From positions 1,558,074 to 1,593,271 of the forward strand of contig NC_068996.1 in assembly GCF_001194135.2 (NCBI RefSeq): DNA of 35,198 nucleotides, in the 5' to 3' direction. This DNA comes from Octopus bimaculoides (Eukaryota). The notes beneath the pieces are model-generated. The model was not told the DNA's origin. It saw only the letters and a program-made list of their open reading frames with translations, and searched no databases. This document shows, piece by piece, positions 22,801 through 35,001 of the stretch (position 1 is its first letter; every line of letters starts with the position of its first letter). Both the position numbers and the translations under genes were made by a program.

Positions 22801-23054
22801 AATTATTATTCCATAATGTTATAAATGGAAAACTGCGATAGATTTTTTGACATTTCACTCAGAGAAAAACATTAATGTTGTTAAAAAAAAAGCATAAAGT
22901 GAATATACGTTTTCACTTGGAAGCCCTTAACAAAAAGTAACAGGTATGCAAAATATATTTCATCTAAACTCAAATTGTTGGGGAAAATCAGCGTTTGCTT
23001 TGTATAATGTTGAATATCTTGGAATGTGGCAGGAACAATATATTTAATTTGTGG

Positions 23055-23096
23055 AACTTCACGACAATGGTGATTTTAACTTCACGACAATGGTGA
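23055..23096. repeat. Short tandem duplication (19-bp unit, period 23)
   Basis: AACTTCACGACAATGGTGA occurs twice. Confidence 0.9.
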
Positions 23097-23616
23097 ATCT
23101 AGATATTTCTGAAGGGTTTAAGCGTAATCGGTTGGTTTACAATTTATAAAAAAGTAAGTGCAATTAAAACGGAAAGTAAATACTCGGGTATTTTACAAAC
23201 GTTCAAACATAATTTTTAAAACTCAGCAAAATACCGAAAGATAAATAAGGCGCAAGGAAATTACATGAACATTTCTTAAAGTTGAGTCACGCTATTTTAG
23301 CAGGCCTTTGGAAGTCACGAAAGCTGCGTGCTACCTAAAAAATAACTCACAAAAGATACTATGAAATGTGTGTGGTTTTAAAATGAAAAATTATATTAAT
23401 TCCGGTTCTTGTTATCGCTTATTTGAACTCAGTCTAAATGCAACTGATACCTACATAAATAATCTCCAATCTTCATCCAACTCCAAAACGATTAGAATAT
23501 AGTAGGGGAAAAAACAATTGCATGGGTCTCAAACGATTTCAGGTCTTGCTGATTGCGAATAAGCCCTCGTAACAGTTCAAGCATCAGAACTCGAAAGATG
23601 TGGCTCACTAATGCAT

Positions 23617-23656
23617 ATCATCATCATCATCATCATTATCATCATCATCATCATCC

Positions 23657-23696
<40 letters not shown>
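23617..23696. repeat. (CAT)n microsatellite
   Basis: Direct reading. Confidence 0.95.
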
Positions 23697-24565
23697 TTAT
23701 AAATATATGATAATCATAAGTATATATATACACATAGGATATTTATATATTTAGGAGTGTGAGCACATGTATATGCACAAACAGCACATGGGCACGTAAA
23801 CACACAGACACACGTACGCATATTCACGCAGACGGAATCTTAAAGATGATAAATTCATTGGAATATGATCGGGTTACTTAAAATTTTGAACTTAAAGTAA
23901 GAAACGAATGTCAATAAGTTACATGCAATTTTGTCAGTCCGAAAATATACATATACATATATATAATAATATTAGGGACAAAATCCAAAATTACAGGTAA
24001 AAAACTCAATTAAAATCAATTTATAAAAAATTAAAATTAAATTGAGCCTTATAGATAAAGTATATATAAAATATATAGTTTTAGGGAAAATAACCAATTT
24101 TCAAGAACTCATCGATGAAAATCCACTATCACATATAGAAAAATTAATAATTAAAATTAATAATTAATAATTAATATATATACATANNNNNNNNNNNNNN
24201 NNNNNNNNNNNNNNNNNNNNNNNNNNNNNNNNNNNNNNNNNNNNNNNNNNNNNNNNNNNNNNNNNNNNNNNNNNNNNNNNNNNNNNNNNNNNNNNNNNNN
24301 NNNNNNNNNNNNNNNNNNNNNNNNNNNNNNNNNNNNNNNNNNNNNNNNNNNNNNNNNNNNNNNNNNNNNNNNNNNNNNNNNNNNNNNNNNNNNNNNNNNN
24401 NNNNNNNNNNNNNNNNNNNNNNNNNNNNNNNNNNNNNNNNNNNNNNNNNNNNNNNNNNNNNNNNNNNNNNNNNNNNNNNNNNNNNNNNNNNNNNNNNNNN
24501 NNNNNNNNNNNNNNNNNNNNNNNNNNNNNNNNNNNNNNNNNNNNNNNGTATATACAATTGCAGCA

Positions 24566-24767
24566 TGGAAGATGTTTATAAGCCATTTAAGAAACACACA
24601 AAAACCGTTAGATTCACTCCCAAAATTCCGTGCTGCATCACGTGATGCAGCACGGAATATTGTCAGTGAACAGGTCGCGGTCTCAAAGCGACGAAAATAT
24701 TTTGACAAATTAAATTTAAATCTTACGGTTTTTCTGTGTTTCTTAAATGGCTTATGAATACCTTCCA
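24566..24767. mobile_element. Fold-back insertion with outer inverted arms, perfect 34-bp central palindrome and hammerhead-variant in the longer arm
   Basis: Outer arms 24566-24614 and 24719-24767; ATTCCGTGCTGCATCAC|GTGATGCAGCACGGAAT at 24625-24658; the left arm lacks the segment equivalent to about 24661-24718. Confidence 0.8.
24660..24708 (+). ncRNA. Minimal type-I hammerhead fold with G3/C8 core (GTGAACA)
   Basis: Stem I TTGTCA/TGACAA; core GTGAACA (24666-24672); extra G; stem II GTCGC/GCGAC; GAAA (24693-24696); palindromic helix III AATATT; UUU triplet. Confidence 0.72.
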
Positions 24768-24852
24768 CTCTGGAATTGTTTTCGTTCTAGCACACGATCT
24801 CAGATCAGGTCACTTGCTATGCATGTGCATCCCTCTCTTTCCCTCTCTGTAT

Positions 24853-25260
24853 ACTCTTACTCTTTACTCTTATACTTGTTTCAGTCATTTGACTACGGTC
24901 ATGCTGTAGCACCGCCTTTAGTCGAGAAAATTGACCCCAGAACTTATTCTTTGTAAGCCTAGTACTTATTCTATCGGTCTCTTTTTGCCGAACCGCTAAG
25001 TTACGGGGACGTAAACACACCAGCATCGGCTGTCAAACAATGGTGGGGGGAAAAACACAGACACATAAACACACACACATATATATATACATATATACGA
25101 CGGGCTTCTTTCAGTTTCTGTCTACCAAATCCACAGACAAGGCTTTGGTCGGCCCAAGGCTATAGTAGAAGACACTTGCCCAAGGTGCCACGCAGTGGGA
25201 CTGACACCAGAACCATGTGGTTGGTAAGCAAGCTACTTACCACACAGCAACTCCTGCGCC
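24853..25260 (-). mobile_element. SINE family B, full length
   Basis: Reverse complement begins GGCGCAGGAGTTGCTGTGTGGTAAGTAGCTTG and aligns with 8817-9214. Confidence 0.9.
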
Positions 25261-25583
25261 TATATATATATATATATATATATTTATGTATGCATGTATA
25301 TAATATATATATTATATACATATAAGCCTACATGCAAACGTATGTGTGAATATATTCTCTGGTTTATATCGTATAATAACCACTGGCTTGTCAGGAACAA
25401 TGTGAGGTTTGTCGTTTAGAGTTATATAGAGAACGAAGTCATCAAGCTCATATCATGATTGTCTTTTTATAACTGCGTAAACAATAAGCCATAGGTAGTT
25501 TCTCATTAACGATTGGGCTAGGAAAATACATACACTGCCGGGTTTATAGTTACAACTTGATGTTTGTATGTACGTATGCATGT

Positions 25584-25726
<143 letters not shown>

Positions 25727-28518
25727 CACTCACAATTATGACGTATAACTATTAAATGAATAAATGTTTATTATACGGCTAACTATTTTCAACAACACCT
25801 GCAATTTTCTGACTTCATGTTATTGCAAATCACTCCAAGAAGATAGAAGTGGGTTTGGAATCTTATTTAAACCGCTGGATTATGTTTTATTTTCTTGCTT
25901 ACTTTTTCACTTTTGCTTCTACATACATTTCTTTGTTCATTTACATTTTACTTTTGCCTAATTAGGAGTCATTAGTTTAAATAGATATTTTTTTACCAGC
26001 TCGAAATATTCTGAGTATTAGATAACATAGAGCTGTAGCCATGATATTTCTTAATGTTTTCTTGTTTTGCTCTTGTCTTCTTTCTTTTCTTTTATTTACT
26101 TATTCATTTCTCGCTTATACTCTTTAGAGTGATAGCTTATCTTTTTACACATATTAGAGAGAAAGCTGGTCCAAAATTTTATACTTACATATACATTCAT
26201 ACATACATATAATCAGGCATGCACACATACACATGCATATTCACACATACATATATATATACACACACACAATCTTTATTTATTTAGTCATATGTGTGAT
26301 CAAATTTTTCTTTACAATAAACTAAGAAATAAACAAAGGAAAAGTTAGATAAAGCATACAATTTGGAAGAAAAAAATTAAATCATGGTATCTGAACAAAG
26401 TGCATACCATCCTGAAAAATAATAATATAAGGGGTATATCACATTGACAAAACATGCATCTATGCCACTCTGATGCATATGAAAATCTTCATTTTTCTTT
26501 CTTTTTTCCAGTGTATCTCAGTAATCTTCAACTAAGTCACAATACAACATTTATGAGAATAAATGTATTTTTATGTCGATCATATCAACTCTATATTTAA
26601 CTGAAAAAATGTAAAATCAATCTTGATACCCCGATATTCAAATTCAAATGCTTTTAACTAGGTACTGCATGCTATTTTGTGAGTCCCACTAATAGGTGAG
26701 GAGAAAAAATTAAATGGAAACCTTTAGCTTTTTATTAGAAACTAAAAATTGCTTAGCTGATTACTGTGTGATCCCTGTCGGTGAGCTATATTTATATATC
26801 AATTTCTTTTGAAATGTACTCAAACATTCTCATGGAGTGATTGAAATAATGGTTATCTATAAACACTTTTGCCAGCTCGGTTTCATTTTGTTTCATAGAT
26901 GAAATTTGGGGTCGTTTACGTAGCTCACATCAGATAATATATATGTGAGTGCTCTAAACAACGCCACAATTTTCATCGATGATGTATTCACGTACAAGAT
27001 GTGAACTACCTAAGCGGCAAAAACTTTACCACAGAAGAAAACGTAAGCTTGTAATTGGTGCACCAGCTAGAACAAAACTTCTGAGAATGAGTCTATTGCG
27101 AGAGCGCATTATTCTCATAAAACGACCGTGAGTATCTTGTCTTAACGAACCTATCTTTTGTGCCATGTTGCTATGGAAGGGTAGCTACGTAAAAGCTTTT
27201 AGTATTACTATGAGAAGAAAGTTGAAAAATGCAATGATAACATTGACCATAGTTCTATTAAATCAGGAATATCTGTGTTAAACAACAGCGAGGACAATCT
27301 GCTTTTGTGATTTTCCACCGTGTGATATTTAATGACAACTAAGCATACTTGACTCGAAATATGCCAGCTAAATCGATCGTCCATAACTTCATACACAAAT
27401 TATTAAACTAAGTCCTTGGTTTGGCTGTTTTCAGCACTTGTTTGTCAGTAATGTAGAGTGTTTAGTATCTATAATGAAATTCGAATCATCGACTCTCGAA
27501 GCTTCGTTAATGTATTAAATTTCAAGAGTCAAGATTAAAATTGAATTTATTTGTAATCTTATAGGCAATGCGCTAATTAGTTTACCTCTTAGAAAATTTA
27601 CGAGGCACACCAAAGATATGAATTAACTGTGTCAGAATATGTTTCAGGCTTTTTCGGAATATATTTTGCAGAATAACTTCAAAAGGATTCGTGTTAAGAA
27701 GTTACAATTTACGATTTCAGTATATTACAAAAAATGTTTACTTCGGATATGTTGAAGAAAATTCGACATAGTTATATGTTGCATATGCACTCTTAATTAC
27801 TATTTAAAAATCAACATGAACATATAAATAATTTCAGCTAACAAGTACCAAGAATTAAGGAGTGAAATCTCATTAATATTGATCAACCATGATCGAACAA
27901 ACATAAAAATATTCTATATTTGCTCTTACATATCTTACATTTAAAATCATATTATCTAATATATCCTGTCGCGCGTAAAATTACACGATGTGATTTCATC
28001 CTTATGTCAGTTGTCATTTATTTTCTACATTCAAATATCATCGAGAAGCTCCCTAGAATTATGACGCCAAAATTGCATTGAATCCATGAATAGAAACTTC
28101 AACGACAACCTCTAGGGTGTCTTGTCATTCTCGTTTCCAACAAAACACGATCGCTGACATATCAAGAGATTTGATATCCCTAATAAGAACTCACCAATCT
28201 CTTCTACCCAGACATACAACTCCTCTCTCGGTCTTTTCAACTGTGCTATTCCCATTTCCAAGTAGAGCTAGTTGTTTCTATGCCATATCCATTTGGGTAC
28301 ATCTGCCTCACTTGTTTGTCTGTCATGCGTCAACCAACTTTTGTTTCACAAGGCTTGCAATAATACGTCTAGTCAATACTCCTCAGATTGTCGGTTGTCT
28401 ATAATCCCTATGCTGCTCATACTTTGCATAAATTTGTCTATTTGTATCAATACAGATGTAACATTGAAGTATAAATCACACTGGGTTTACTGTTTCGGGG
28501 GACAGGAAAAGATATAGC

Positions 28519-28595
28519 GGGCAAAATGTTAGTTATTTTGGAACCGTACATTTTAAAGTTTAAATCCCGCCAAAGTAGCTATTCATTCTTCTAAG
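28519..28595 (+). mobile_element. Possible highly diverged SINE A fragment
   Basis: gcgggcaaaatgttag..aagtttaaatcccgccaaagtagct..ttcattcttc weakly parallels the family A head. Confidence 0.35.
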
Positions 28596-29021
28596 GTTTG
28601 TAAAATTCCAGTCTCTGACAGCGGCCTCGTGAAGATGTTGAAAGATTAACTGTATTTCTTCATGATTTTAAAATTTCCACTTCGACTTTCGTCACACTTG
28701 TAAAATAATCTGTCACCTCCGATCCGTATTATTTTCCTACTATCCCGAAATCCATCCAGCACATATCACGATACAACTAGCCGTGTAGTAAGCAGTGCTA
28801 TCTCAGAATAAACGCCTCATTTGAGGCAGCAGAAAATTACTTTCCTATTAAGTTTTATGTTTATATTAAGTTGGTTTAATATTTGTCATGAATTTACGAC
28901 ATTGTTGGTCATACAATACTCCCATAGCAGAACCAGAATACATGCCAAAATAACAGTGAGATTTCTTCTGCTTTCATCCCATATCCAGCTTACTGAGGTG
29001 CGACTAAACGACTGTTTAGTG

Positions 29022-29043
29022 TATGTATACACACACACACACG

Positions 29044-29109
<66 letters not shown>

Positions 29110-29140
29110 TGTATGTACGTATGCATATATATGCATGTAT
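29022..29140. repeat. (CA)n/(TA)n/(TATG)n compound microsatellite
   Basis: Direct reading. Confidence 0.9.
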
Positions 29141-29994
29141 AGAAACTAATGTAGAGAAACAATGAGGAAACGTAAAAGGTCAACATAAAAAATGAAATGC
29201 AATTTAAGGCAAAATGATGCTGACTACCTCAATTTTAGATACAAAAAGAAGTAATTTCATGAAATACCGAAAATGCAGATATATAGAGAAATGCATATCA
29301 TTTTGCCGGGGCTCTATGGACCCTATATCAAGATTCTAGAAGCGACAGATTTAGGGTGTGCTAGTATGTCAGAAGAAGAACGAAACGTCTCATGAACGGT
29401 GCAACAGAATGATTTTGCATATGTGGCTCAGAAAGGAATTTAACTTTGACTCTGCTGTATTTATTTCCAATAATGAAGTCAATATCACTCTAAATTCCGC
29501 TCAAGCACATTTTTGTTCGAGCATGACGGTGATGTTTTGTGTGTGGGGGAGAGGGGAAATATTTCCATTCGTCTTCTTACCCAACACACTCCGGATTTTT
29601 TGTTCAAAGATGTCTGCTGGAGCAACGAATACACAAAAGATCTCTGAATGCTCCAACTGCTCTCATTGTGGACATAACGAATAGCAGTAATGGCAGCAAC
29701 AACAATCGACAAGCTGAACAAAATATCACATAAGTAAAAGAACAATAATAACAAGAAGCGTTTCGATTTTGTTTTCAAAATGGATGTGTTGTTCTGCTTA
29801 TCTCAGTTTGCTGCTTTTCATCCAGAAATATCAATTTTATATTTTTGATATGTCTTGCAGATGAACAAGTCGCCTTTGACTCGCGTCTGCTGTTGCTGCT
29901 GGACCCGAGAGCGAGAGAAGATGAGGTGTTTGTGGTGGGAGAAGCATTAACGGTCATAGTCCTGTTGTGGTTTGTATTATTCATAGTCGTCAAA

Positions 29995-30140
29995 GGCGGT
30001 GGGCTGGCAAAACGCTGAACGTCCTGATTGCAAGTTCCACTAATATCGACTTTGCCTTCTATCCTTTCGGGGTAGATGAAGTAAGTACCAGTTGAAAAGC
30101 AATGGGGTTGATGCAATCGACTTACTCCCTTCCCCGGAAG
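29995..30140 (+). mobile_element. SINE family A, diverged and internally deleted
   Basis: GGCGGTGGGCTGGCAAAA..TCGACTTTGCCTTCTATCCTTTCGGGGT..AAGTACCAGTTG..GGGGTTGATGCAATCGACTTAC. Confidence 0.8.
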
Positions 30141-30934
30141 CCAGTGAATGCAGTAGCTGCAATGTTGTTGATGATATCAGTGGAAGAGGTGTTAGATTTA
30201 CCACTTGTTGTTCTAATAGCAACGAAGACGTTGTTGTTTTAGTTCAAGCTGATCATCATGCACTTGTTGTTTTAGTTACTGTTGCTGTATTTTTATCACC
30301 TTGGGATAAACAACTTGGGAAAACCTTGCTCTTGCAACTGTTGCTGCTATTTTGGGGGGCCTTTTCTCTTTATTTTCCTTCCCGCTACTATTGGTGATAT
30401 CTTTATTGGCACTAAATATTATTTTTTGTTATCATCATTTAGCTTTGTTTAGACGTCATGGCAAAGACATTGTTAAGTGTCAATTGTAACCGCAAAAGCG
30501 CTTGACTTTGTAAAAGAGAAAACAGCTCTTATTTTTATCTGCAGCACTCTTTAAAATCATACTTACACGCTTGTTTTGTTGCATAAAATGTTGTAAAACG
30601 AATAAGGATGATTTCATTTGTTTTTTATTACAAATGCATAGATTTGAAAAAGTTCAAAGTTCATCGTGTTCTTTCATTAAATATATAGACGTAGAAGAAG
30701 CAGATGCACTCCTCTTCACAATAGTTGAAGGATCCAGCAAACGGTTACCAAAAAGGGGAACAAAATAAGTAGATAAATTTAAGGTAATCTTGAAACGCCT
30801 CAAGGGAGTGTATGTTCCTGTTCTAAAGTAAAAACTATAATAATGATCTCTGCTTAATAATAGCCGATATAAAAGGTCGTTGGCTCGTTGGTTGGTTTGT
30901 TGATTAATTCTTTTAGTCACGTTTTACATCACAC

Positions 30935-31039
<105 letters not shown>

Positions 31040-31280
31040 AAACGAGAGACGCAGAAAAAGTTAATATGTGAAGAGTAGGAAGAGTGCATATGCGAGAATT
31101 GGTGACAGGCATAAGTAAAGGAATGAATGCTACAAACTCACACACACAAACACACACACATACATATAGGCACGCACGAACGCACATTTACAGAGAAAGT
31201 ATCACACATAAAGACAGACAGGGAAAGAAATGACACAGAAGTTATTGATGGAAAGTTATGCAAATGACAAAATATGTCTT

Positions 31281-31663
31281 ATTACCTGCGCCTTAGCGGT
31301 GGCGAGGATACGGTTTTTCAGTCGTGTTTGTTTGTTTGTTTCTTTCTTTCTTTGTCACAAGAAAATATCACAAGAACCGCTGGATAGATTCAGATGAAAC
31401 TTTCAGGAATGTTTGGCCTCCTTACTGGCACGAACTGATTAGATTTTGGGATCGATCCGGTACCGGACAAAGACTCTGGATTATTTTTACCGGCTTTTTT
31501 ACGTAATTTTTGAGAGCGGTCGGGTTCATTTTAGTATTCTCGTTTGTGAGAGCAGTCGAGTTTATTTCAGATATTCTCATTTTAAAAATCATCTCTGGCT
31601 AATCGTTGAGAGGACGTTGGTGTTGCCTTGGCGAAGGATTGCGCTCTCTGAGTGCTCTTGCTT
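31281..31663 (+). mobile_element. Helentron-associated non-autonomous element (HINE/DINE-1-like), compact copy
   Basis: 5' CCTGCGCC..GGCGAGG hairpin, (GTTT)n/(CTTT)n repeat, 3' CCTTGGCGAAGG, stem-loop GCGCTC-TCT-GAGTGC (31641-31655), TT flanks. Confidence 0.75.
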
Positions 31664-31843
31664 AATTTTATTTCAAGGTCATAAATAGTTTTCCTTTGAA
31701 AATTAGCATTCATTTGATCATTTTGTGCTATCAACAAGAAATTTGATAAATGTTAAATTATAATAAGTATATGTATGCGTTAATTCCTGGTATATTATAG
31801 CGGATGCTAAAAATGTACCCTCCAGTGTTACCCGTCATATGAC

Positions 31844-31866
31844 TAGTAATAGCAACAACAGCCACT

Positions 31867-31933
<67 letters not shown>

Positions 31934-31997
31934 CAGCAGCAGCAACAGCAGCAGCAGCAACAGCAACAACAATAATAATAGTAATAATGATAATAAT
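31844..31997. repeat. Graded trinucleotide array (GTA)n-(GCA)n-(ACA)n-(ATA)n
   Basis: Direct reading. Confidence 0.9.
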
Positions 31998-32626
31998 CCT
32001 GATGCAGTAGCAGGCAGTGGCTCTCATGGCTTCTGATCTTAATTGATTGGAAGTGTTATCAGGTACATTGTTTTGTCTTGCTATAAAAGATGGGCTACAG
32101 CAAATATTCTGCTCAATAGCACAGATTTGCTTGTCAGTCGTTTTACTTTAACCAGTTGAGTATGTCCCTTAGTGGAATGTCATAATGGAGTTAGAACGGA
32201 GAGCTACAAATACCTGAAGGTAATTGAAGGTGACGGAATCAAACATTCAGTGATGAAGGAAAGGATCAGAAGAGAATGTTACCGCAGGGTGAGAGCAATA
32301 CTGAAGACATATGTGCATCTCTGATGACGAGCAAAAGTAGTGGGGGAGCATCATAGCCATGTGTTGAGAGGAATTATTTAGAGTTTGAATAATTCACCTC
32401 TGGAAACATGGGTGTTTCGTTCAACATCCTTAAATACCCTTATTCAAGGACCATTTGAGCGGGCCCCACCTGCAAGGTCATGCGCTGTTTTTCTTGTAAT
32501 GAGATTACCATATCGCGCTCATATGGTTGTGATGCATGTGAGTGGTGTACCCTTATCAGACGGGTTGTCATGACGTGTATAGTTTACCTCAGTGTCACTT
32601 TGATGGAATTCTCTGTTCTCACACTC
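31998..32626 (-). mobile_element. Unclassified non-coding retroposon-like segment (family H) ending GCATCAGG-(ATT)n on the minus strand
   Basis: Higher-GC block bracketed by ATT/AAT tracts; no ORF; resembles an octopus interspersed repeat from memory only. Confidence 0.4.
32176..32302 (+). mobile_element. Short internal R4/Dong RT fragment embedded in family H
   Basis: Paralogous to 32962-33090 (ESYKYLKVIEGDGIKHSVMKERIRRECYRRVRAIL), roughly 85% identity by eye. Confidence 0.8.

Positions 32627-32703
<77 letters not shown>
32627..32703. repeat. (AAT)n microsatellite at the 5' junction of the Dong-like LINE
   Basis: Direct reading. Confidence 0.95.
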
Positions 32704-32708
<5 letters not shown>

Positions 32709-32715
32709 TAATAGT

Positions 32716-33295
32716 AATAATGCTCAATGAAGCACAGTAGGATTATAAAATCTTTGATGAAAATATAAATTATCTCATGCCATTTACATGGATGATTTAA
32801 AGCTATTTGCAAAAAATGACCAACAACTACAGAACTTACTAGCGATTGTTAAACAATCCGGTGATGACATCAGGATGCAATTTGACCTCAGTAAATGTGC
32901 AAAAGCAAACTTTATCAGACGAAAAATCAGAGAAACACCCAACATTAAACTTGACCAGCATAATGTCATAAAGAGTTAGAACCAGCGAGAGCTACAGATA
33001 CCTAGGGGTATTTGAAGGTGATGGGACAAAATATTCACTGATGAGGTAAAGGATCAGAAGAGAATGTTATCGCAGGGTGAGAGCAATACTCACGGCAGAA
33101 CTGAGTGCAAGAAACAGGGTCAAAGTGATCAATACTTTAGCCATACCAGTCGTGACTTACAGTTTCAATATCTTTAACTGGTCAATTACTGAAATACGTA
33201 ATCTTGACAGAAAAATACGAAAATTGTTGACAAAATTCACCGCTCTAAGGCAAATGCAGAACGACTTAATCTTCCAAGAAAAGAGGCCCTATCGG
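32716..33295 (+). mobile_element. R4/Dong-clade LINE RT fragment (YMDD box to thumb), pseudogenised
   Basis: YMDDLKLFAKNDQQLQ (32785)..FDLSKCAK..YRYLGV..CYRRVRAILTAELSARNRVKVINTLAIPVVTYSF..LDRKIRKLLT. Confidence 0.9.
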
Positions 33296-33369
33296 TAAGC
33301 ACACATAACTTCAGTGTTATGAACAGATCCATTTCTGAGAGAAAGATAGTTGGAGCAAAAGTCTGAAAG

Positions 33370-34365
33370 CTGAGGACAATGCACCGTATGCATCACCCCA
33401 AAACAAACATAGACCGAATATACTATCTGAGTAAATAAAGCGGTCGTGTATTAATACAATCTTAATTCTTATAAAAAATTGCAACCATTTTCTGCCAATC
33501 TGCAAAACTCTAACATCTGTATGTCTAAAGCCAGTCCTAAAACGCGAAAATATATCCTGAAGAAACGTAGCTAGAAGAACTAATACCGAAACAAAATGTG
33601 TCCCCCAACTGATATAGCAAATCAAAATTTAAAATACATAGCCAAACTAATACCCAAACAAAATGCGTCCCCCAACTGATATAGCAAATCAAATTTTAAA
33701 ATATATAGCCAAACTAACCAGCTTCCAATATATTTAGGAGAAATTAGAAAAAAAACCCACATTGTAGTAAATACCTGAAAATCACCAGGTACCCTGACAT
33801 AGATGAAGCATGTATCCATCAATGGCTGATATAATCTTGTCTCAAATCAGAAAACGAGGGGTGTATCATTGCTGCACTGGGTCAGTCCCTTCCAACTGTT
33901 CTGAAAATTGAAAATCCAGAATCAATCGACGACATTGTCTCTGGATGGAGCCGTCTGACTCACAGAATACATGTTAAGATATGAAATGAGGGCATATCAG
34001 TACATGCACTGGGCAATATGCAGTACATGCAATCTCCAGCGAAGAGAGCACAAGTATCTGGACTGATCGGGAAATACAGGCTAACATATCTGATATCATT
34101 GCGAAAAATTATGTTTAAATGATTTGTCTTTGCATCGATGCTGCTGCCTCAACTGACAAAAACACATCTATGAAAGCGTTTGATACACCGAGCACACGTA
34201 AGGACTTAGACATACAATTTAGAAGAATCAAGAACATTACCTATTTTTATTGGAGCATTTGAAATGATATCAGAATGAGGAAACAAATATGCAGACCAAA
34301 TTCCAGGCAACACCAAAATAATAATTGCAAAATATCATACATAAGGGTGTTTCGCATATTTTAAT
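33370..34365 (+). mobile_element. Older R4/Dong-clade LINE C-terminal region (remnants of CCHC and restriction-like endonuclease)
   Basis: MHRMHHPKTNIDRIY..IHQWL..LKSENEGCIIAALGQSLPT..PESIDDIVSG..YMHWAIC..KDLDIQFRR..FIGAFEMI; heavily degraded. Confidence 0.65.
33578..33717. repeat. 67-bp tandem duplication inside the LINE remnant
   Basis: AACTAATACC(G/C)AAACAAAATG(T/C)GTCCCCCAACTGATATAGCAAATC.. repeated at period 67 with about 4 differences. Confidence 0.9.
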
Positions 34366-34446
34366 TTAATTCCTCTCTATATGGAATTCAGATTTATTTT
34401 TCCCCACAGTTACCAGTTATTTAAATTGCAATGCACATCACTAGTT

Positions 34447-34840
34447 CCTTTGAAAGGGCCAGGTACCGCTTGCCAAACGATCCATTTTCTGTCAGCACCC
34501 GTTGCATGGAGGACAGTGCAAGTCGTGGCTGAGGATGCACAGGCATGCGCTGCAGCTGCAACATCTCCAGCGATACTTTAATTCAAAGCAGGTGTGGTCG
34601 TCGTTGGTTGAACGCGCTTTTCCGCAGCTCGTCTCCTTGTCGGAGCTACGGTCCTGAATCAGGTGTAGACCGAGACAAGATGGTTGGTACCAGAGTGTTC
34701 AAGCGCTCACAGCCCTCGGCCGGTCGGACGATGTGATCGGTGGTAGTTCCACCTTGGAGTTCTATAGGGAATTAATGGAGGACAAGAGCGACAACGTACT
34801 AGGAGAGGTCCTGGGAGTCGAGCGGCATCAACTGGTGATC
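34447..34840 (+). mobile_element. L1/Tx1-like ORF2 C-terminal fragment
   Basis: KG-QVPLAKRSIFCQHPLHGG..RHALQLQHLQRY..QVWSSLVERAFPQL..STLEFYRELME..LGEVLG. Confidence 0.8.
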
Positions 34841-34925
34841 TCATGTCAAGATAAACAGCGCATTATTTTTAATTATTATTATTATCATCATCATCATCAT
34901 CATTATTATTATTATCATTCAGTAG

Positions 34926-34995
<70 letters not shown>

Positions 34996-35001
<6 letters not shown>

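Noticed and set aside
23962-24140. AT-rich segment beginning ATAATAATATTAGGGACAAAATCC that recalls a Penelope-type terminal repeat
   Set aside because: Recognition is from memory only; there is no ribozyme, ORF or second copy in the window, and it ends near a gap.
29364-29397. CAGAAGA-AGAAC-GAAACGTC hammerhead-like string
   Set aside because: U4 is missing, there is no stem II, and stem I is only 3 bp; likely chance.
29775-30116. 113-aa minus-strand Ser/Thr/Asn-rich ORF
   Set aside because: The N-terminal 40% is antisense SINE A, the rest is low complexity, and upstream frames contain stops.
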